A DNA stretch of 64,000 bases. It comes from Octopus vulgaris (lineage: Eukaryota). The translations under genes and the position numbers were made by a program. Positions 46,905 to 58,978 of the stretch are shown piece by piece (the stretch's first letter is position 1; every line of letters begins with the position of its first letter). The stretch spans positions 8,804,001 to 8,868,000 of the forward strand of contig CATOCA020000001.1 of NCBI GenBank assembly GCA_951406725.2, read 5' to 3'. Under the pieces are notes generated by a model. The model did not search any database, was not told the origin of the DNA, and saw nothing but the letters and a program-made list of their open reading frames with translations.

Positions 46905-47197
46905 TTTGTTGCAAGTTCCGCCTGACTGGTTCCCTGTGCCGGGGGAAAATAAAAAGCACCATCCGAACGTGGTCGATGCCAGCCCCCCCCCCTCAACTGG
47001 CTCCTGTGTCGGTGGCACGTAAAAAGCACCCACCACACTCTCGGAGTGGTTGGCATTAGGAATGGCATACATATGTGGAAACTTTGCCAGATCACAGTGG
47101 AGCCTGGCGCAACCTACTGCCTTGCCAGTGAAATCGTCCGACCCATGCTACTATAAAAACGGACGTTAAACGATGATGATGATGATGATGATGATGA
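46905..47197 (+). mobile_element. 3' UTR fragment of the RTE-like family ending in (GAT)n
   Basis: aaaagcacc...ggttggcattaggaa...gttaaacgatgatgat matches 61960-62165 and 57640-57815. Confidence 0.65.
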
Positions 47198-47448
47198 GTT
47201 CCGTGACCAAATGACAAAATTAACTCTATTGTGTCTTCTAATTTGAACATTATTACCAACAGCATTAACCTCAATGGGTATTTCATAAACTCTCAGTAAA
47301 TCGATATCTTTAATACAATTATTATACAGATAATTGTTCAATTGGAAAATAGGAATGGAAGCTGTTTTCAGTTATTCTTTCAAGCACAATATACTCGGGG
47401 GAAGTAAACCTTACAGAAATCAATTGGGAACTATTATTTTATACTCAC

Positions 47449-47526
47449 CAATTGCCTGAGATGCAGCCCCTAATTCCTGACATGTAGCCTCTCTTTGTAC
47501 ACACTTGTCTTCAAACTTTGGAGCCT
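47449..47526 (-). CDS. Host gene short exon, paralogous copy 1 (78 bp, phase 1-1)
   Basis: tttatttcag|AG...ATT G|gtgagt. Open frame APKFEDKCVQREATCQELGAASQAI. Flanking intron sequence is homologous to that of the 37074-37145 exon. Confidence 0.7.
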
Positions 47527-49060
47527 CTGAAATAAATATTTCCAAGTTTTACATTTAATAATAAAATATCTATATCTTTATTTTTTTAAACTCTATTTTG
47601 TTATTGTGAGACATTCAATTCCTGTTGTTACTGGTGAACTGTTGACCATTATGGTTTTGGTCAATATTTCTGTACTTTCTACAGTGGTCCCATGTAATAG
47701 CTCAATATGTCCACAATAAAACAGACTAACATTCCTAAATCCACCCTCTCTCTCTCTCTCTCTCTCTCTCTAAAAACACATTAAATATTCTAACAATGTT
47801 GCAATTATCTCATTTAATTAAAACTTGATAACAGTTTTCTCTTAGCTTTGTTTTTCTTCTCTTATAACTATGCCAAATTTATGGCATGGCACTGTCTTCT
47901 TATCTTTAGAATTCACTAATCAACATTCCTCTCTAATTAAGTAAAACTGAGGCCATAAAGATGTCCTTTATGTGTATACCCTCCACCCCGCACACAATCT
48001 GTCCCCTAATAAACATCTGCACAAGCCAAATTCCATACACCCTTCCCCAACATGATCCCTAACAAGATATAAAATGTTAGGTGAGGGTACACGATGTTCC
48101 TATGGCAAAATATGTTTACATTTCATACATACAAATGTAAGAGAGTTAATGAATTATAGCTTATTAATTATCATGATAATTGGGTATATATGTGATACAA
48201 TGGCACTGTGCTTGACGGTGCAATATTAGATATCAATATAGATTGTATATAATCTGAGTAAAGAACATATAACCTTCATTACAATGAATATGATTGTGTC
48301 TCAGCACAGCTAATATTATGGTAGTTCCATGAGCAAACGAAGAAAGATATAACCAAGTCCACTGCCAAATACTAATGATTAATTCATTTCCTGGTCAAAT
48401 AACAATGACTATCTTTCATTAAATAATTTGAACGCAACAATCAAGACCAAAGGGTGAAACACTCAGAAAACTGTGCCTCTTTTAGCATTAATATTATTTA
48501 AAATCTAACAAGAGTGAGAAAAAGAATGACTATATGGATGGTAAATGTTGTTCAAACAATGTAATAAGTGTATATTATACATAGTTGCAAACAAGGATTT
48601 GTGAGATCAAGTCACACAGGGAACTCATATTTAATTCCTATCTTTATTTTTTATGTCAACACCAATGTTTTGTTTAAATGCAAACATATGTTCACCGTCC
48701 AATACTAAATTTAATATTTAATCAACGTTAATGATCATTATACTTATAATCTTAGAGATTTGATTTTTAATCTTGTTAATTTCTTATAATTCAGGGTACG
48801 TACCTAAAGAGACATTCAGGGTACGTACCTAAACAACATATCCTGACAGACATCTTGAAGTGTGACATCTTAAAATTAGGTAAAGGCAATATTTAGTGGA
48901 TGTAGTGATAGATATACTGTCACAAAGAAAAGACCCCAGGAACACCTATCATAAATCTGTCCCATTATGACATACCTGGGTCTACACGAAAGCTTGAAGC
49001 ACATTATTCCACACAATAAGGTCAACAAGACAACAAACAGAGCCCCAAAGATTATCTTAC

Positions 49061-49203
49061 CAAATTCACTTTTGCTGAGGGTGTATTCTCGACACACGGG
49101 GCATCTCTTAAATGTCATTTCAGAAGAACAATTCTCGCAGAGAACAAGATCTCCACATGGTTGCAGTCTCACGGTGGCCATGTTCTTATGACAGTAGCGA
49201 CAT
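49061..49203 (-). CDS. Host gene exon: RING-HC-like zinc finger
   Basis: ttccatag|A TGT...TTT G|gtaag. 143 bp, phase 2-1. Peptide CRYCHKNMATVRLQPCGDLVLCENCSSEMTFKRCPVCREY has MIB/IAP-type RING spacing. Confidence 0.9.
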
Positions 49204-49547
49204 CTATGGAACAAAATATAAACAGATTTCATCAATATCATTCATGTATATCAAATTTTACATGGTATACATGTTTACAGCACAAAATATTATGAAACTC
49301 TGCAGTGACCTCCATGAGTGTTTCACAATTTCTATTTTAAAGAACCACGTTCGGACAGATTTATGTGTGTATAAGTGCTACGCAGACACACACACGTGTA
49401 TATTTATACAGATTTTGTTAAATATACGTCTTGACTCTGATATATTACAAAAGCAGTGCACCACATATATTCCAAAACCATACTTCACTTCTAGACTCCA
49501 TTTCTGCTGAACAAAACTATATATGTACACAACTTTGTGTCTATATA

Positions 49548-50370
49548 CGAGGTCTGATCAATAAGTATCCGGACTGTTGCTATAGTAACGAAGCAAAAAC
49601 ACGCAGAGTGAAGCCGCTTGGCAAAGATTGATCTCAATCTGTGCTGTACATGCGCACTAATATTTTATGTTCTAGCTCATATTCGCTGTTTACAGCAGTG
49701 CTTGGAAGCCTACGTAAAGTTGCAGAAAGTGTATGGAGAGGAGTGTATGAGCCACACACACATGTAAGAGTGGTTCAGACATTTTAAGTATGGCCGAAAA
49801 TGTCGATATTGACGAACATTCTGGAAGATCTGCAACGAGCAGAACTGAGAAAAAACATTGCTGATGTGCGTACAGTTGTGTGGGTAAACCGTCGAATTAC
49901 CATCCTTGAATTATCAGAGGATGTGCAGGTTAGTTACGGTTCGGGCCATTACCACTGAAGATTTGGGTTTGAGACGCGTTTCTACCAAATTTGTGCCAAA
50001 ACTGCTTTCAGCAGACCAAAACGGCACACGGGTTTCAGATGCACAAGATGTCCTTGATTGTGTCAGGGACGATAAAAACTTATTGAAAACTTTGCATGGC
50101 CCTCTGAGCAGGAATCGTCAAACTTTTGACAAAATTTGATGCAGATTCTCTGCTCAGCTTTCTATATCATTGTCAATGTGACGATCACACGCTACACACC
50201 TTCCTTCCAAGCACTGCTGTAAACAGTGGAATTGCGCTAGAAAGTTAAAACTTAGCGTGCATGCACAACAGAGAGAGATAAAGATCACTCTGTGCCGAGC
50301 AACTTCCTACTCTGTGTACTTTAGCTTTGTTACTATGGCAACAGTCTGGATTCTTATTGATAAGATCAAG
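49548..50370 (+). mobile_element. Internally deleted mariner element with long TIRs
   Basis: TA|CGAGGTCTGATCAATAAGTATCCGGACTG...; the right end is a degenerate inverted copy followed by TA. Internal inverted match tttacagcagtgcttggaag / cttccaagcactgctgtaaa. Transposase remnant KVYGEECMS..EWFR and DLGLRRVSTKFVPKLL. Confidence 0.85.
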
Positions 50371-50471
50371 TACAACCATTAATATATGTATATATAAAAC
50401 ACTTCATTGTATCTAATCTGTTTCACAAGTCCTCTATATTTAGACATCTGGTTTGTATGTATATATACGTA

Positions 50472-50543
<72 letters not shown>

Positions 50544-50754
50544 CGGAGGGGGGTTCTTTTTGAAATAACCCTGAAATCGGTCCGAAAATGTAATAATGAA
50601 ATTTTTTTAGAAATTTCTGTCGACCTTTTTTCGAGTAGCGTGCGTACTGAGAAAAAAATTATATGGTAAATGGACAATATGTCCAATTTTTCGGTATATT
50701 TGGCATTAGAAATTTTTTTGGTTGCCCTTATTTATAAGTTGTTTATATTTATGT

Positions 50755-52740
50755 ATCTCTTATTATAAAAGGCAGATTTTATCTGCCTCCATTTGTATCT
50801 TATAGAAATCTACAATATAGAATTTCTTCAATTACAATTTACCTAGCATTTTTAAGAGTAGAATGCATCGGGTTTTGCCAGGTCCACTTTTTAAAATTTC
50901 AACCCCAATTAAGCAAAATTTAGAGAAAACTCACATTGTGGTGCATGAGTCAAATGCTTCTCTTAGTGTGGGCTACAGCACACGCAAACGCACACACACA
51001 GTGTGCAACGAATAAAGTGAAAGTAATTCACTTTTTGTAGTGAGTGACTTTTTAACCCTGCCACTTCCTCTTTACACACATAGACACGCAAATATATAAA
51101 TAAAATTGTAAGCTAACGTGTGTGTGTGCGTGTGTGTGAGTGTGTGTGTGTGTGTGCGTGTGTGTGTGTGTGTGAGGGTGCGTGTGTGTATGTGCGTGTG
51201 CGTGAGTGTGTGACAGGAAAGTTTTTAGGACGAATATAAGACCTATATCCAAGTAGCAGAAAGATCGCCCAAAAGTGTATATAGATATTTAAATGTATTT
51301 ATATATTCATCTATACACAGATGTATGTATAATGTGTGTGTATATATTTCCATAGAGGTAACTTTTCACTCCATACAAAGTCTTTTAGGACGAATATAAG
51401 ATCTAAAGTATATACAAGTAGCAGAAAGATCGCCCAAAAGTGTATATAGATATTTAAATGTATTTATATATTCATCTATACACAGATGTATGTATAATGT
51501 GTGTGTATATATTTCCATAGACGTAACCATTCACTCCGCACAAAGTTTTTTAGGACGAAAATAAGATCTAAAGTTATCTCTAAGTAGCACAAAGATCGCC
51601 CAAAAGTGTATATAGATATATAAATGTATTTATATATTCATCTATGCACATATGTATGTATAACGTGTGTGTACATATTTCCATAGAGGTAACCATTCAC
51701 TCCATACAAAGTTTTTTATGACGAAAATAAGATCTAAAGTTATCTCTAAGAAACAGAGAGATCGACCAAAAGTGTATATAGATATTTAAATGTATTTATA
51801 TATTCATCTATACACACATGTATGTATAATGTGTGTGTATATATTTCCAAAGAGGTAACCATTCACTCCATACAAAGTTTTTTAGGACGAAAATCTTTAT
51901 ATATAAAAGAAAGGTTGTGTGTCTGTCTACTCCGATTTAGATTCCTAACTACTCCCACATTTTGCGATGCAGTTTAACCAAAACCGGGTATCTTATAGTC
52001 GTGATTCATATCGAGCCCTTCTGGGTATTAGCGCGCGTCTACAATGAGTCTATGATTTTACAAATAATTTACCATCATTTTTTTCCATTTTAATGCATAT
52101 TTTTTTAAATAAAGGGAAGTAACTCTCAAACTTCACACCAATATGCGTGCTCATATGCGACGTAATATCACATCAGCAGCATTTCCTCACACCCTCCTTG
52201 CACTTGGCGAAGGCAAAATTCCAGGGGATGAAAATGGTAATATTGCCATCGATTCCATTTGTACCATTGTTAAGACGCCTTCTGATCTCAGAGATGCAGT
52301 GTTCCCCGATCTACAAGCTAATTATCAGAATATGGATTGGATTGGCAAAAAGGCTATACTGGCCCTGAGGAATAAAACTGTTCACCATATTAATGATGAA
52401 ATGCTAAAACTCATTCCTGGGGAAGTCTATGGATATCAGTCTATCGATACAACTCCTGACCCAGAGGACGTCATCAACTATCCAATAGAGGTACTCAATT
52501 CCTTTGAGCACCCCGGACTACCACCACACTTTCTCAAACTTAAAGTTGGTGCCCCTATAATGCTCATCAGAAATTTGGTTCCCCCAAAACAATGCAATGG
52601 CACACGTTTGATCGTTAAGTCCTTATCTCCCACCGTAAGCTTATATCAATATTTGCCTGAATAATCATCATAATTCAGTGCAATCATTAACAGTACTTTC
52701 AAGCAATTCAGCCCCGAGCAACGCCGGGCAATTCTGCTAG
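50755..52740 (+). mobile_element. Helitron derivative(s) with PIF1-like helicase fragment
   Basis: A|TC starts at about 50755 and 51894. 3' hairpin GCCCCGAGCAACGCCGGGC then CTAG|T at 52737-52741. ORF 52143-52664 has AILA.RN..V..IN and GLPPH.LKLKVGAPIMLIRNL...CNGTRL. Confidence 0.85.
51218..51893 (+). repeat. Tandem repeat, about 160-166 bp unit, about 4 copies, inside the Helitron
   Basis: aaagtttttaggacgaa recurs at about 51218, 51377, 51542, 51708 and 51874. Confidence 0.9.
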
Positions 52741-53146
52741 TATACATATAATTTCAATTAGGCAAATCAAACAATGAAAAACATAAACCAAAACATAGAA
52801 ATAAAAATAATTAATATAACATACAAAATATGTAAAATATAAAATTTAAAATTTAAATTATTTAAATTTAAAATTAAAGATTTTAAAATTATTAATTTAT
52901 ATTTATAAATTTATATATATATATATATATATATAAATTTATAAATATAAATTAATAATTTAAAATCTTTAATTTTAAATCTATATACATTTATATATAC
53001 ATTTATATATACATTTATATATCAAATATATATAACTATCAACAAGTATTAAAAAGTTTAATATAAGATAAAAAGATAAATATATGTTTGTGTGTATATA
53101 CATATATATGTTAGTATATATCTATGTATCCATGTATGCGTGTATA

Positions 53147-54798
53147 AATGCCATAGATGAAGTGGACACAAACTCAATTACTGGTCCAGATGGTTTCCCA
53201 GCAATCCTCCTCAAAGCGTGTAAGCATGCCCTGGCAAAACCCCTCAAGATTCTTACAAATGATAAACTGCCAAGCAAGCTGACGGAGGGAATAATATGCC
53301 CAATACATAAAGGGGGAAGTAGAGCAGATGCCAAAAGCTATAGGCCTATCTCTCTAACTTCACACATCAGCAAAGTCATGGAACGGATAGTCAGAAAGAA
53401 ACTAATCGCATTCCTTGAGGAAAATAACTTGCTGAGTGATACCCAGCATGGTTTTCGACCAGGTAGGAGCTGCCTGACCCAGCTCTTACAGCATTATGAC
53501 TGGGTGTTGAGGCAGTTACTCAACAAATCAAATGTGGACGTAATCTACCTAGATTTTGCAAAAGCTTTTGACAAGGTGAATCATGGTATGATATGCCACA
53601 AACTACGTGACCTCGGCATAGCTGGAAAACTTGGAGTGTGGTTACATGACTTCCTGAAAGATAGGAGTCAGGCAGTAGTGGTTAATGGAACCACCTCTAT
53701 GCACACACAAATAGTGAGTGGTGTTCCACAGGGCACTGTCTTGGGACCACTGCTTTTTATAGTGGCCCTCTCAGATATGTCCTCAAATGCCCGGATAGCC
53801 ACTCTGGCCAGCTATGCAGACGATACGAAAGTCTCGCAGAAAATACAGAACCCCAGCAATGTTGCACACCTGCAGCAGGAGTTGGAGTCAATCTACAGAT
53901 GGGCTGAGGATAATAATATGCAGTTTAATGCTAAAAAATTCCAGGCCTTGTGCTACCAGCATCCAAAACTGAATATTAAACTTACATGATACACCGGTCC
54001 ACAGGGAATTTCAATCCCAGAGCCTAAGTCTGTGACGGACCTGGGTATCGACATGAGTGATGATACCTCTTTCCAAGTGCACGTTACCAGGATGGCAACA
54101 AAGTGAAAACGACTGGCTGGGTGGATCCTAAGAACATTCAGAACCAGAGATAAGGAAACCATGATGGTCCACTGGCGGACATTCGCCCTCAGCCGTCTGG
54201 ACTACTGATCACAGCTATGGTCACCCACCAGTGTAAAATTAACAGCGGACTTTGAAGCAATCTAGTGAAGATTCACAAAGAAGATCGTCTCTTTGCAACA
54301 GCTCAGCTACTGGGAAAGGTTGAAACAGCAAAGACTCTACTCCCTGGAGAGAAGACGGGAGAGGTATACAGTAATATATGTTTGGAAGATCCTGGAAGGA
54401 ATTGTGCCAAATTTTGGCATTGTAAGCTACACCAATGTTAGCACGGGGCGACACTGCATAATGCCAAAGATCCCAGCAATGTCATCACACTTCAGGACCA
54501 GCTTCTGCAACAGCCTGGGTTTCAGGGGCCCACAGCTTTTTAATATTCTCCCAAAGAGTCTGAGGAACTTGCACAAAGTAGATGTACCGGTTTTTAAATC
54601 AAAGCTGGACATCTTCCTGTCGAGAGTCCCAGATGAACCTACCTCACGGCAAGAGGTGCAAATGAGAGTAGCTATATCAAACTCCATTCTTCACCAAGTG
54701 CCACATATTAGACGAGGTTCTTCGTAATAACAATGTAGCAAAAAAATGGCGGTGCATCAGCATGGCCGCAGCTCTGAGCTGAAACAAGGAAACAAAAA
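53147..54798 (+). mobile_element. 5'-truncated CR1/Jockey-group LINE, RT pseudogene
   Basis: GPDG, YRPISLTS, QHGFRPGRSC, LDFAKAFDKVNH, SGVPQGTVLGPLLF, YADDTK. Several stops after 53989. Possible TSD tatgtatccatgtatg at about 53123 and 54811. Confidence 0.9.
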
Positions 54799-55269
54799 TA
54801 CGTATGTATGTATGTATCCATGTATGTACACTAATTGTATATGTTTGTAGTTGATTTTCTCAGGATAGCTCACATGGACATGACTGGCTGGGACAGAGAA
54901 AACAGAGGAACAATCTGTTGGTAGAGAGATAAATTCCATCACTTCACTATTTACTTCTACATTTTCTCATTGGTCCCAAATCTTTAAAATAGGGAACTGA
55001 GAGAGGTGGGTGGGTGGGGATTTTAGGAGAGGTATAACAGTCAACACAACCAATCATTTGAATGTAATCAAAATAGTGTTCTTTCTTTAATTAGCTTAAC
55101 AACTGCATATTGTTTATTGTTCTTCTTACTGTTGTTGTCTAACCTTTCATTAAGCTACTAAGACAGTATAATGTATCAGTAGAATTAAAACAATATAAAC
55201 ATATAAACACGGTTATATACAAAACAGAAAATGTAATGGTTTATCTTGTCATTGCCAGTGAATACTTAC

Positions 55270-55448
55270 TGCGTTGGTCGGAATAACGTCTTTAACGTCT
55301 TTTTTAAATTTTCCTTTTCTATTAGGTCCAATGGTGTTCTGCCACTTTTGTTTTTACAGTAAAAGTTGGCCCCGTGGTGGGCTAGGTAGCAAGCAACTAC
55401 CACACCAGAGCACCTTTCTTCGTTTCCCAGTTTCAGCTCTACGCAGAA
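55270..55448 (-). CDS. Host gene exon: last ankyrin-like repeat (not in ORF track)
   Basis: tttgtag|TTC...CA|gtaagt. 179 bp, phase 0-2. Peptide FCVELKLGNEERCSGVVVACYLAHHGANFYCKNKSGRTPLDLIEKENLKKTLKTLFRPT. Bridges the phase-0 ankyrin exon to the phase-2 RING exon. Confidence 0.88.
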
Positions 55449-55954
55449 CTACAAATGATGAAATATAAAATGATGAGTTAAAGATTACACAAACATATAC
55501 TAAAGATGCCCCAAATTACACAACAGTTCAACTACATTTACACATAGTTTGTTTCCCCAGTGATTAAACTATTCACACAGCGTTGATTTCTTACATCATC
55601 TCTTAGTTGAGTCCACTTTTCATTATCATTTGTTTTACTTTACGTTCTACATTAAGACAAAAATTATGATCATTATATTGAACAAAACGCACATTAGTGG
55701 TCAACGTTATTGCTTAACAATGATATTTAATGAGTAAATATTTACTTGCCAATCACAAATGTCACAAACTATTCAATAAAAACACAATATAAAGTTATTA
55801 TAACATCAAGTCAAATATACAAAATATAAGGACAGAAATGTCACAATAATGAAAGACAACAAACCAACAAGAACCTATCTCTACAACTGGCTTGATAAAG
55901 CCAAATGGCCATAGCAAGAGAAATACTTACGGAAGAGTATTGTACATATAAGTA

Positions 55955-56460
55955 CTAGCTTAAGGTGACCCGCTCTACGCGTGGGTGAGGGTGTGATTGT
56001 TACTTTCTGTTGCTTCCTTTGTTTCTTATCGCCATATTCACCCTCTTTGTTCCTCTCTCCTTTCTCTCTCGCATCCCCACTCTCTTACTCTTCCTTTATC
56101 TCGGACTCTCCCTCACTTTCTCTTGCTTTTTATCTTTCTCTATCTATCTATCTCCCATTTATAAAAAATTAGATTTCCGTGCTTAAATTACAAATCTTCT
56201 ACTTTACCATGTTGAAAATTTGATTGAAATCGGGCAAAAGGTGTCCAATCTAAACCCCCAATTGTCCCCCAAAATCAATAAAATCCCTATTTTCACACCA
56301 AAACGACCACAGTAGCGCCCCAAAAGTCTCTCAAACAATTTCTCACCGCAAGTTACCCCCTCTTCTAAATTGTAATCTCCTTCCAGGCCCAATTACACAT
56401 ATTTTTACATAAAAATCCAATTTGTATCATCGTTCGCCTTCTTCATTTGATAGATTAGAA
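55955..56460 (-). mobile_element. Probable non-autonomous Helitron (3' end at 55955)
   Basis: Minus strand CCCACGCGTAGAGCGGG hairpin then CTAG|T. The other boundary is uncertain. Confidence 0.5.
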
Positions 56461-57229
56461 ATACATACCCGGCCTTGTTCGGAATTAAAATAGTTTATTA
56501 TTGTTTTACTCGTTTTGGTATTATAACCCGATTTCATTCGGGTCTAAGCGGGCCACATTTTAAAAGATGAGGAATTTTGCCCTAGAGTCCATGCCTTTCA
56601 ATTGAGCAAATTCGAAGTTCCAATACAAACTCGCTAGCACTTTTAACATAGGTGTGCATATTTTTAGCCAAATCCAACCACATATGCACACAGTATATAT
56701 ATAAATTAACACAATATATCTGTTTAATAATATCTGTTATGACTGTGCGATGGAGGTGGGCGATATTAATTCACCGTTCTAAAAGACCTGTGGCGAGAAT
56801 ATTTAAACTTTTGCGGTTGTCATCGCTTTCTGTCTATAGATACAGACAGATGTACAGTGAGAGAGGTGGTGCAAGAAAGAGTGACAGAGAGACATCGTTA
56901 TAGAGGGATCAAAAAATCACTCTTTTTGCCATAGCAACCACATCTTATAGCTTGCGAATTTTAACCATCGCGGGTCTCATTCTCACCACGCATTTAGTAT
57001 CCTTGCCTCGGTTTGGCTGCCATTAACCTCCAAAGCAAAATGTGCATAAAATTTTCGTCAAAGGACTGTCTTATAGATATGAATAACACCACAAATAATA
57101 TAAGTTATACCAGAAAAGAGAACAGCAACAACATAGCAAGGCCTTCAGACATAACAACTAAATCAACACCACATAGACATATCCACGCAGATCAATAATG
57201 TTTCTTTAATTAAGTGGATTGGAGAGAAA

Positions 57230-57815
57230 AACAGGGTATATAAGGCATCGGATTTTGTGCGCAAGAGAGAAGTCTACCATGGTATGGTTATGTGATGCAT
57301 ATGGATGAAGATAGCTTCATCAAGAAGTGGTGATCTCTCATTGTGGAGGGAATGTGTGGAGGGGGTAGACCCAGAAAGACGTGCAATAATGTGGTGAGAA
57401 AGGACCGTCAGACGTTGGGCCTCACAGAGGGGATGAAATGGGAGCGATACTTTTGGCAGTCTGCTGTACTTGAGATGATATGCCAAGCTAAGTCGTCGTT
57501 GTCCTTGCATACTGTCATGACCCCTGTATCATTCTTCGTCTGAGATATCCTAATCTTGTGGGATCATGGGTGCTGATGCTTCGGAAAAATCACCCATGCT
57601 GGTGTCACATACAAATATCCGTGTCGGTGCTGCAGAAAAGCACGCAGTACATTATGTAAATTGGGTGGCATTAGGAAGGACGTCCAACTGTCGAAACCAT
57701 GCGTAAAGAGATATGGAGCCCAGGTAGCTTTTCAGCTGACCAGCTTCTGTCAAAGCGTCGAACCCATGCCAGCTTTGAAAACAGTCGATACATTATCATG
57801 ATGATGATGATGATG
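57230..57815 (+). mobile_element. RTE-like LINE 3' fragment ending in (GAT)n
   Basis: WYG.V..MDED...VEG..G.GRPRKT; 3' UTR shared with 61720-62165. Confidence 0.7.
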
Positions 57816-58049
57816 AATTAATAAGGAAACATCTTTTGATGAAGAAAGTGAAGTAAGGGAAGTAAGAATCGGTGTCACAGTTGAGGCAGAACACCAACGC
57901 ATAGTTGATAATTTGTTCAGTGTTAGTCTGATGGACTATTCCAGTAGGTGGGGAGGTCGCTGGCTGTCAGAGTAGGTTCCTCTCACCAAAGTAGACATTA
58001 CAACAATACACAGATGACCATCAACTGCCTGAATAGTAGTCAGTCATCT

Positions 58050-58401
58050 GTAGTGAGCTTTATTCATATGGGAATAGCCCAATGTCATAATTCAAAACTA
58101 ACGCAGCGAAAATTTTGAAAAGTTCCCCCAGTTCTGAAAAAAATCGATAAATTCGACATGGAGTCGAGAATCTAAACTTTTTATATGCAACACATCTTCT
58201 GTCTAGAGGACGCAACTCGACCTTTTTATCGCCCAAAGGGACAGCTAGGAACATCGTATACACAGAAGTATTCGAGTGAAGAGAAGATATTGCAACCTAC
58301 ACACGCACCTTCGTTCCCTAGAGGGAAAGGACTAGATTGGGATTAGTCGTTGCCTACTAGGGGCTCTTACATACCCGGGCAATGCCGGGCTATGCTGCTA
58401 G
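58050..58401 (+). mobile_element. Probable non-autonomous Helitron 3' end
   Basis: CCCGGGCAATGCCGGG hairpin then CTAG|T, similar to 52711-52741. The 5' boundary is uncertain. Confidence 0.55.
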
Positions 58402-58860
58402 TATTATATAAAAGAAATGTGACAGAGAGCTGTTTCAGGCAGAATTCTTCATGGAATGGACAAGATGTATTTATTATCATGGCCCCAGCACTATAAATGT
58501 TACTGTCTATCATATGAACCTCTCTTCTACCCAGTATCATTGTTAATTCAGAATAATATCTCCTGTCTTGAATAGATCATTTCTCCTTCAAATTTTGATG
58601 ACCGTGTTTGTATGGCCAACATTCGAGATGGATCACCTTCTCTACCATGGAGAGGTCGTGCCTTTGAGGACGGAAGGGGACGGAATAGAGAATAGTGTTT
58701 GTTACATAATAATATAACTAAGGGTTACCATTGTGACTGGATCAGGAAATGGTAATGGAGGATGGGGTTGGTAGGTGAGAATTGCGATATAAACAATGTC
58801 TGTTTCTGTCTGTCTTTCTCTGTCAGTTTGTCTATTTTACACACACACAGACGCACAAAT

Positions 58861-58909
<49 letters not shown>

Positions 58910-58917
58910 GCACAAAT

Positions 58918-58955
<38 letters not shown>

Positions 58956-58978
58956 TCACAAACAATGTGAAAACTTAC

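Noticed and set aside
52143-52664. Host PIF1 helicase gene
   Set aside because: Intronless fragment lying directly before a Helitron hairpin-CTAG terminus; transposon-derived.
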